Assembly (NCBI RefSeq): GCF_018350175.1
Contig: NC_058383.1
Location: forward strand, 17,114,001 to 17,178,000
Reading direction: 5' to 3'
Length of the DNA: 64,000 bases
Source of the DNA: Felis catus
Taxonomy: Eukaryota
In this document: positions 23,501 through 34,599 of the stretch, one piece after another
Layout of the letters: every line of letters begins with the position of its first letter
How positions within the stretch are numbered: position 1 is the stretch's first letter
Program-made: the position numbers and the translations under genes
The notes under the pieces: generated by a model
Told to the model about the DNA's origin: nothing
Seen by the model: the letters and a program-made list of their open reading frames with translations, nothing else
Database searches by the model: none

Positions 23501-26500
23501 CAGGTCTGACTGGCCCCACCCACCAACTCAGGTTACTCCAGACAGCACAGGGGAAGTGCCCTGCAGTTCTGCGCCACTCCAGGGACTATCCAAAATGACG
23601 AAATGGAAGAATTCTCCTCAAAAGAAACTCCAGGAAATAGCAACAGCTAATGAATTGACCAAAAATGATTTAAGCAATATAACAGAAAAAGAATTTATAA
23701 TAATCATCATAAAATTAATCGCTGAGTTTGAAAAAAGTATAAAGGACAACAGAGAATCTATTGCTACAGAGATCAAGGGACTAAGAAACAGTCATGAGAG
23801 CTAAAAAAAAAAAATGCTATAAATGAGGTACAAAATAAAATGGAGGTGACCACAGTTCGGATTGAAGAGGCAGAGGAGAGAATAGGTGAATTAGAAGATA
23901 AAATTATGGAAAAAGAAGAAGCTGAAAAAAAGAGAGATTAAAAAATCCAGGACTATGAGGTGAAAATTAGAGAACTAAGTGATGCAATGAAACGGAACAA
24001 TACCCGTATAATAGGAATTCCAGAAGAGAGAGAGAAAGGGGCTGAAGGCGTACTTGAACAAATCATAGCTGAGAACTTCCCTGATCTGGGGAAGGAAAAA
24101 GGCATTGAAATCCAAGAGGCACAGAGAACTCCCTTCAGACATAATTTAAATCGATCGTCTGCATGATATATCATAGTGAAACTGGCAAAATACAAGGATA
24201 AAGAGAAAATTCTGAAAGCAGCTAATGCTAAATAGGCTCTAACTTACAAAGGTAGACACATGAGATAGTCGCAGACCTATCTACTGAACTCTGGCAGGCC
24301 AGAAAGGAATGGCAGGAAATCTTCAATGTGATGAACAGAAAAAATATGCAGCTGAGAATCCTTTATTCAGCAAGTCTGTCATTCAGAACAGAAGGAGAGA
24401 TAAAGGTTTTTCCAAACAAACAAAAACTGAAGGAATTCGTCACCACTAAACCAGCCCTACAAGAGATCCTAAGGGGGATTCTGTGAGTGAAATGATGCAA
24501 GAACCACAAAAGACCAGAGAAATCACTACAAGCATAAAACCTACAAACATCACAATGACTCTGAACCTATATGTTTCAATAATAACACTGAATGTAAATG
24601 GACTAAATGCTCCAACCAAAAGACATAGGTATCAGAATGGATAAAAAAAACCAAGACCCATCTATTTGCTGTCTACAAGAGTCTCATTTTAGACCTGAGG
24701 AGGTCAGGTCCATTCATGCTACTGGAAGTCAAAAGAAAGCTGGAGTAGCCATACTTATATCAGACAAACTAGATTAAATTAAAGGCTGTAACAAGAGATG
24801 AAGAAGGGCATTATATAATAACTACAGGGCCTATCCATCAGGAAGAGCTAACAATTATAAATGTCTATGCACCAAATACGGTAACCCCCAAATATATAAA
24901 ACAATCACAAACATAAGCAACCTTATTGATAATAATGTGGTAATTGCAGGGAACTTTAATACTCCACTTATAACAATGGATAGATCATCTAGACACAGGA
25001 TCAATAAGGAAACAAGGGCCCTGAGTGATACATTGGATCAGATGGACTTGACAGATATATTTAGAACTCTGCATCCCAAAGCAACACAATATACTTTCTT
25101 TTCAAGTGCACATGGAACATTCTCCAAGAGAGATCACATACTGGGTCAGGAAACAGCCCTTCATAAGTATACAAGAATTGAAAGCATACCATGCATACTT
25201 TCAGACCACAATGCTATGAAGCTTGTAATCAACCACAGGAAAAAGTCTGGAAAACCTCCAAAAGCATGGAGGTTAAAGAACACCCTACTAAAGAAGGAAT
25301 GGGTCAACCAGGCAATTAGAGAAGAAATTAAAAAATATATGGAAACAAATGAAAATGAAAATACAACAATACTAATGCTTTGGGATGCAGCGAAGGCAGT
25401 CCTGAGAGGAAAATGCATTGCAATCCAGGCCTATCTCAAGAAACAAGAAAAATCCCAAATACAAAATCTAACAGCACACCTAAAGGAACTAGAAGCAGAA
25501 CAGCAAAGACACCCCAAACCCAGCAGAAGAACAGAAATAATAAAGATCAGAGCAGAAATAAACAATATAGAATCTAAAAAAACTGTAGAGCAGATCAATG
25601 AAACCAAGAGTTGGTTTTTTGAAAAAATAAACAAAATTGATAAACCTCTAGCCAGGCCTCTCAAAAAGAAAAGGGAGATGACCCAAATAGATAAAATCAT
25701 GAATGAAAATGGAATTATTACAACCAATCCCTCAGAAATACAAGCAATTATCAGGAAATACTATGAAAAATTATATGCCAACAAACTGGACAATCTGGAA
25801 GAAATGGACAAATTCCTAAGCACCCACATACTTCCAAAACTCAAACAGGAAGAAATAGAAAACTTGAACAGACCCATAACCAGCGAAAAAATTGTATCAG
25901 TTATCAAAAATCTCCCAACAAATAAGAGTCCAGAACCAGACGGCTTCCCTGGGGAATTCTACCACACATTTAAAGCAGAGATAATACCTATCCTTCTCAA
26001 GCTTTTCCAAAATAGAAACAGAAGAAAAACTTCCAGACTCATTCTATGAAGCCAGCATTACTTTGATTCCTAAACCAGACAGAGACCCAGAAAAAAAAAG
26101 AGAACTACAGGCCAATATCCCTGATGAATATGGATGCAAAAATTCTCAACAAGATACTAGCAAATCGAATTCAACAGCATATAAAAAGAATTATTCACCA
26201 TGATCAAGTGGGATTCATTCCTGGGCTGCAGGGCTGGTTCAACATTCCCGAATCAATCAATGTGATACATCACATTAATAAAAGAAAAGATAAGAACCAT
26301 ATTATCCTGTCAATCAATGCAGAAAAAGCATTTGACAAAATTCAGCATCCTTTCTTAATAAAAACCCTCGAGAACGTAGGGATAGAAGGAACATACATAA
26401 ACATCATAAAAACCAATTATGAAAAGCCCACAGCTAATATCATCCTCAATGGGGAAAAACTGAGAGCGTTCCTCCTGAGATCAGGAACACAGGGGGATGT

Positions 26501-29500
26501 CCACTCTCACCGCTGTTGTTTAATATAGTGTTGGGAGTGCTAGCATCAGCAATCAGACAACAAAAGGAAACCAAAGGATCAAAATTGGCAATGATGAAGT
26601 CAAGCTTTCACTTTTTGCAGATGACATAATAGTATACATGGAAAACCTGATAGATGCAGCCAAAAGTCTGCTACAACTGATACATGAATTCAGCCAAGTC
26701 GCAGGATACAAAATCAATGTACAGAAATCAGTTGCCTTCTTATACACTAATAATGAAGCAACAGAAAGACAAATAAAGAAACTTATCCCATTCACAACTG
26801 CACCAAGAAGCATAAAATACTTAGGAATAAACTTAACCAAAGATGTAAAAGATCTGTATGCTGAAAACTTTAGAAAGCTTATGAAGGAAATTGAAGAAGA
26901 TATAAAGGAATGGAAAAACATTCCATGCTCATGGATTGGAAGAATAAATATTGTTAAAATGTCAATACTACCCAAAGCTATCTACATTTTCAATGCAATC
27001 CCAATCAAAATTGCACCAGCATTCTTCTCGAAGCTAGAACAAGCAATCCTAAAATTTGTATGGAACTACAAAAGGCCCCGAGTAGCCTAAGTAATTTTGA
27101 AGAAGACCAAAGCGACAGGCATCACAATCCCAGAATTCAGCCTCTACTACAAAGCTGTAATCATCAAGACAGCATGATATTGGTGCAAAAACAGACACAT
27201 AGACCAATGGAATCTAATAGAAACCTCAGAATTAGACCCACAAATGTATGGCCAACTACTCTTTGACAAAGCAGGAAAGATTATCCAATGGAAAAAAGAC
27301 AGTCTCTTTAACAAATGGTGCTGGGAGAACTGGACAGCAACATACAGAAGGATGAAACTAGACCACTTTCTTACACCATTCACAAAAATAAACTCAAAAT
27401 GGATAAAGGACCTGAATGTGAGACAGGAAACCATCAAAACCCTAGAGGAGAAAGCAGGAAAAAAACCTCTCTGGCCTCAGCTGCAGCAATTTCTTACTTG
27501 AAACAACTCCAAAGGCAAGGGAATTAAAAGCAAAAATGAACTATTGGGACCTCATGAAGATAAAAAGCTTCTGCACTGCAATGGAAACAATCAACAAATC
27601 TAAAGGCAACCAAGGGAATGGGAAAAGATATTTGCAAATGACATATCGGACAAAGGGTTAGTATCCAAATCTATAAAGAGCTCACCAAACTCCACACCCA
27701 AAAAACAAATAACCCAGTGAAGAAATGGGCAGAAAACATGAATAGACACTTCTCTAAAGAAGACATCCGGGTGGCCAACAGGCACATGAAAAGATGCTCA
27801 ACGTCGCTCCTCATCAGGGAAATACAAATCAAAACCACACTCAGATATCACCTCACGCCAGTCAGAGTGGCCACAATGAACAAATCAGGAGACTATAGAT
27901 GCTGGAGAGGATGCGGAGAAACGGGAACCCTCTTGCACTGTTGGTGGGAATGCAAACTGATGCAGCCGCTCTGGAAAACAGTGTGGAGGTTCCTCAAAAA
28001 ATTAAACATAGATCTACCCTATGACCCAGCAATAGCACTGCTAGGAATTTACCCAAGGGATACAGGAGTACTGATGCATAGGGGCACTTGTACTCCAATG
28101 TTTATAGCAGCACTCTCAACAATAGCTAAATTATGGAAAGAACATAAATGTCCATCAACGATGAATGGATAAAGAAAATGGATAAAGAATGGATAAAAGA
28201 AATTTTATATACACAACGGAATACTACGTGGCAATGAGAAAGAATGAAATATGGCCTTTGTAGCAATGTGGATGGAGCCGGAGAGTGTTATGCTAAGTGA
28301 AATAAGCCATACAGAGAAAGACAGATACCATACGTTTTCACTCTTATGTGGATCCTGAGAAACTTAACAGAAGACCATGGTGGAGGGGAACAAAAGAAAA
28401 GATGTTAGAGAGGGAGGGAGCCAAAACACAAGAGACTCTTAAAAACTGAGAACAGACTGAGGGTTGATCGGGGGTGGTAGGGAAGGGAGGGTGGGTGATG
28501 GGTACTGAGGAGGGCACCTGTTGGGTTGAGCACTGGGTGTTGTATGGAAACCAATTTGACAATAAATTTCATATTAAAAAAAAAAAAAGAATCAAGTCCT
28601 CATAGAAACAGGGAACATACCAATGTGTCCGTATCTAAAGTTCCAGATTTTCCTTGCTGCCTACAAGGTGCCCAGGGCTAGGCAAAGGAAGCAAGATAAG
28701 GAAAAGGAGAATTTTCTTGGTGGCAGTGCAGAAGACAGGAAGAAGCAAGGAGGAGGTGGTTGTAACAACAGAATTTGCGACCAGTCCTCACCTGGCTGTG
28801 GGAGGGGCTGATGCCCAGTTCTGAGGTTCCATGAAATAGGTAGACAGCACCCCGGTTCTCCTGCTCTCCTGGGGCCCCAATGGCCACATCTGTCAGCTTG
28901 TCCCCATTCACATCCCCCAGCACTGTCAAGGCTGCCCCAAAGCGGCCCCAGGGGTGGCCCTGCTCCCCACAGAGAATGACTTCACACTGCCATCTAGCTC
29001 TCTGAAGAACAAAACAAGTGTCAGGACCCAACCAGGCAACCCCTCCACCCCACACCCAGGTCCCACCCAGCCCAGGTCTCATCAGACACTTACCCCCAGG
29101 GGCAAGTGGCACATGGACACCTGCCCCCCCCGGGTTGGCTTGTAATAATGTGGAGCCCCAATGAGGACGAGGTCAGAGTTGCCATCTCTGTTCACATCGA
29201 CAGAGCAGAGGGAGGCCCCAAAGTAGGAACCAATCTGGAGGATAGAGTGTGAAGTCATCTTGCCTGCCTCTGTCAGAGGCATCCCCTTCTAGGATAGGTC
29301 CCTCCTCTCCCCAGTCACCAGGGACTTCCCCCATGGATCCCAAAACCCCTTGTCCTCCCTCCCTCTCTGCCCCTGAAGACCCTGCCACCCTCGTGTTTCA
29401 CTCTGGCTTCCTCTACATCCAACCTGGGTCCCTGCAACTTCAGCCTTCGGCCTCCATTGCCCGGATGCCTGAGTGAAGATGACAACCTTCCCAGTATGCT

Positions 29501-32500
29501 GATGGCGGGGGGCCCCCAGGATCAGGATCTTCACCCCCTTCCAAAGTGCCAGCTCAGTGGAGTAACCTGAGGGGGGCAGGCCTCAGCATAAAAGCTTCCT
29601 CCCTACTCCCCGAGCTACTGCCCTTCCCAGGCAGTTTATCTCCCTCCTGTGCCCCCAATCACAGCCTTTTCTCACCTAGATAAGAGTCCCTCATATCCAC
29701 ATTCTCTTGAGACATGTTGATGAAAGTGGGGCTCATATTTTTGGGGTATAGGAAGGCTCCTCCAGACCAGCTGAAGCTCCCCACAGCCCCCAGAACTGGC
29801 CCGTCCTGGGAGGAAAGGATTCCAGGGCTAAGCAGGTTTGAGTCAAAAAAAGACAGCCTATTCTAAAGCAATGCCTACCACTGATTCCACTTTTCTTTTT
29901 TCATGTTTACTTATTTTGAGACAGAGAGAGAGAGAGAGAACGAGAAGCAGGTGGGCAGAAAGAGAGGGAGGAAGAGAATCCCAAGCAGGCTCCATGCCAA
30001 TAGCACAGAGCCCAATACACAGAGCTCAATCCCACAAACCTCTAAATTATGACCTGAGCCAAAATCAAGAGCTGGACACACAACAGACTGAGCCACCCAG
30101 GTGCCCCTGACTCCACTTATTATTTGGAATTCTCTTTCTCCACTCATTCATCTAACACCTATCCTTACCTTCCCTCCTCCCACCACTCCCTACCTCCTAC
30201 ATCAATGGCCTGAAAACGGCCCCACTCACAGGTGAGAACACAGCGCTGAAACCCTCCTGGGACATTTCCAATTCAAAGGAACTACTGCTTATGGTCTGCG
30301 TACCTGGAAGAAGACATGACACCTGGGTTCCAGGGGGAAATACAGGCTTTACCAAGTCTGAAAAGGACATCTCAGCTTTAGAAGATCTAATGTTGGACAT
30401 TAATACCCAAAGGGAGGAATTGGTGGCTATGACAAGTGCGTCCAGGTCCAAGAAGGGAAAGCATTTATGGGTTATGGCTTCTAAAGTGAGTACTTTCATC
30501 TCTGACTTACCCTCAATGGCAAAGATCTTCTCTTTCAGTTGGTTTTGAATGTCTCTCAAAGCATCAAAATTCTCCACTTGAAAAATGTGCTCATGGGAGG
30601 GCTTCGATGCAATGTCATTTAATTCTTTCTGGGAATGTGGATTTTGAAAAGCCGATCCCACCTGTCCCCAACAAAGACCAACTCAGTGAAAATAATAATA
30701 AATTCAATATGCCTGCCACACGCTGGGTGCATATCCCCCAATAACTCCACAAGGTCAATATTATTACACTCTGTGTACAGATGAGAAAAATGAGGCTCAG
30801 GCAACATCAGGGAATTTAAAGAAAAGGATCAGGGTCCCCAGGCTGGAACACAGCTTTCATATTGAAAGTAGTAGACGCTGAGAGAGCTGAGGTTTTTGCC
30901 CTAGAAAGGGAAGTTGCTTTAAGAGGAAGTGAAGGGAGGAAGCGGTGGGAGGGCATTTCCACATCCTACCCCAACTGCATAGCGAATGATACCGGCAGCT
31001 TCAGCCCTAGGGATAACATCCTCATAACCCAGGGGGTCTCCTCGTTTCTGACCATCAGTGATGACAATAAGGATCTTGGAGGCATCTTTTCGGGCCCCAC
31101 TTGAGGCACTGAACAGTTGATTTCTGTCAGAGAAGAAGATCCAGAGACCTGTGAACAGAACTGCTACTGGTCCCTTATGCCTTTTGAGAACAAGTTGTTG
31201 ACCCTTTCTCTTGGAGGTCCCAGTCCCACCTGTAGACCCCCAGCTTGGTGAGGAGACCACAGGCTGAATTTCTGTCCCAGTCTGTCCCTCTCTCATGGAG
31301 ATAGGTGAGGCCTAAAGGAAGACCCAGATGCTTTGGGGAAGGACCCGGGAGAAGGGAGGACTCACGTAACCATTTGGATGGCTGTAGCTGTGTAAGTGAA
31401 CCCTCGCAGCTGTTGTACAGAATCCAACAGGCTTAGTGGGTTTGAGCTGTATATGAAGTCTTTGAAAGTGAAATGCACCCAGGAATGGTGGGAGAACTGC
31501 ATCAGAGAGAACTGGGAGAATTGAAGGGGGCTGGGAGCCAAGGCCACTTGACCAAAACCCCAGGCACCCCACCCACAAACCTCCCACAGGGCCCCTGCAC
31601 ACTTGCCTTCCCTCCCCCAAGGACACACCTGGGTGCTAGGTCTCTGGAACTGGCTCATAACGGCCTTCACAAAATTCAACATCTTGGTAAAATCTCTGAA
31701 GGAGATGCTGCCTGAGCCATCGATCAGGAACACAATATCCTGCTCCTGCCTTGGACACTCTGAGAAAGGAAGTGGCACCAGTTCTCCAAGGAACACTCCC
31801 AGAGCCCAGAACCTCAGCATCCTGGCCACAAGAACTCACTGCCCCCCAACCCAGGGACCTCCCTAACCCCTGCCTAGAATAGGGTCCTTTGGCCTCCTTA
31901 AGTCCCTAAAGAGGCTATATCTGTGATTCAGCTGTTCACACCTGTGTAGTCAGCCTAGGTGATGAAAAAGTGAAGTTCCTCCAATCCAGATGGTAAGAAA
32001 CGGGGAGCCCCTCCTTCTACCTTGGCTGTCTGTGCCCCTCTCCCAAGCCCTATCCCACTCCCTCTCCCATATCCCCATGATCCAGCAATGAAAGGAGCCT
32101 GCTTCAGCCCCTGGCCAGAATCTGTCCTCATTAGTCAATGCCAAACTGTACTTTTGTTAAATATTTTTAATGTCATCCCTGGAAATAACCACACACTGAC
32201 CCTGTTCTGTTCTCAGCTTAAATATGGGCCCCTATTCCCCTCCTGAGTGTATTCAAAATTGGTCAAAAAGAGGAAGCTCTCCCAGTTCTCCAAGAAGAGA
32301 CCTCCCAGCCTCCCTCTTTCATTCCAGAGGTTCCCACCAGACAGTGGTGTCCTGGGTGTTCTTATGGGAGCCCAGATTCCTATGGGCGAAGTCTAGGAGG
32401 TGCTAGAAGAGAACTCCATTCAGTGGCCAGATGTCAGTTTCCCCAAGGGCTTGAGTGGAAATGTGAAACCAGGGAGGGGCCTAGTGTGCACACATACATT

Positions 32501-34523
32501 CATGCATACATATTCACATACACATACATACACAAACAAACCCATGCATACTCATATGCACACATATACACACATACTCATATATATACACTCATGTAAA
32601 TATACATACAGGCACATATGCATGTGCATATATATGCACACATATATACATCCATGTACATAGATACACACACACATACACACACTGCTCAGATTGTCTG
32701 CGCCTTCATCATTCTTTCCCATTCTGTTACACAAATTGGTTATACCCCAGGGCGTATTGACTGAAAATAAATTCCCTTCTCCCTAAAAATAATAGCAGCT
32801 AACATTAATTGAGCCCTCACTATGTGCTAAACCTTGGCCATGGATCATCTTATGTCACTCTCAGGGTTGGGTGTCATTATCCCCATCTCACAAATGAAGA
32901 CACTGAAGCTCCAAGAGGGTTAGGTCATATAAAAGTGGAACAGTAATGTAGCAAGATGTGAAAGCATACAGTGACTACCCAACTCATGTCTGGAACTGCT
33001 ATACCATCCAGTATATATTTTTTCCAGATGTCTTTTTTATCCACTCTGGCAAAAGTGTCTCTGGCCCACTACACTCCCAATCACAAGTGTGTGGGCTCCT
33101 CAAAGGAACCAGTAGCCCCCAACACTCACCCTGCAGGGCAGCCGGGAGCCTCTGGGCCTGCCAGGAAGAGGAAACCAGCAGGAAACAGAACCCAGTCAAG
33201 TACATGTTCTCCTTGCATGTATGGTGCACTGTGGGGCCACAGGCCTAAGGACAGAGGTGTCTGATGGGAAGGGCTGTCCCTGCTTCCGTTCCATCCTTCC
33301 AACCCAGTATTTTCACACTCCCCAAGGTCCCCAGCCCCACTAACCCCAGGTCCCCATTCTTCCCTTCAGGACAGCTCTGCAACCCAGGTAACTCACCAGC
33401 AGTTGAGAGGGGTTGGTTGAGGCTGCCAGGGACAGGCCCAAGGACATGTTCACTGCTTCTGGGGGGACTGAGGGGACAGATATGTGCATGGTCACCCTCA
33501 GATCTGTGTAAGATCTGGGCAGGGGTCACCTCAACCCTGCAAGACAAGGAGGTCTGGAAAGTGAAGGGGGCTTTCAGGTCTTGATAGAGCCATGAGGGTA
33601 AGGGGTGTGATGGACAAAGAGGCTATGAAGGGATCAGGAAGCTTGTCTGAGGGTGAGGGTCTGCAGACAGAGCTGGAACTGGGAAGTGCATCTTCTGTGT
33701 TCCCCCCAGGTCCCCAGAGCAATGGAGTTTGGACCTGGGTCCCAGGGAGAGGCAGTGACTCACTCTTCAGGTGGATGGGCTCACACTTGCCCGTTCTATA
33801 GTCACACTGGTAGAGGCTACCTGTTTGGTTGGCAGGCTTTATCTCCTGGGGGGCTCCAACCACCACCCTGGGGGGAGGAAGACAAAGAACACTGAAGTTA
33901 AGAATATGGACAGTGGAGCCAGACTGCCACTCGGCAAGTTTGCTTCATCTCTAAGCCTCAGAGTCCTTATTTGCAAAGTGGAGATTAATAACAATTTAAG
34001 TTACACATGGGAGGGGTTTTTGTCTGTTTTGTTCTCCTGTATATGTCTGGCTCCTTTAGTAGTAAGTGCTCAATAAATATTTCTTGAAAAGTTGATCCTT
34101 ACCTATCTTATAAGATTATTATGATAACGAAATTAGTACTCACCTAGAAATGCAAATCAAAACTACATGGAGATATCACCTCACACCTGTCAGAATGGCT
34201 AAAATCAACACAAGAAACAAAAGGTGTTGGCAAGGATATGGAAAAAGGACCCCTCATGTATAGTTAGTGAGAATGCAAACTGGTGCAGTCACTGTGGAAA
34301 ACAGTATGGAGTTTCCTCAAAGGGCTACAAATAGAACTACTGTATGATCCAGCAATCACACTCTTGGGTATGTACCCAAAGAATACAAAAATACTAACTC
34401 AAAAGGATACAAGCACCCCTGTGTCTATAGCAGGATTATTTACAATAGCCAAGATATGGAAGCAGCCCAAATGTCCATTGATGAATGGATAAAGAAGATG
34501 TGGGATACACACACACACACACA

Positions 34524-34599
<76 letters not shown>

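Noticed and set aside
24937..26049. 370-aa ORF as an independent gene or active L1 ORF2
   Set aside because: It is an internal ORF2 fragment without an ATG start. The endonuclease region upstream is frameshifted and partly deleted (~24700), and downstream frames are broken.
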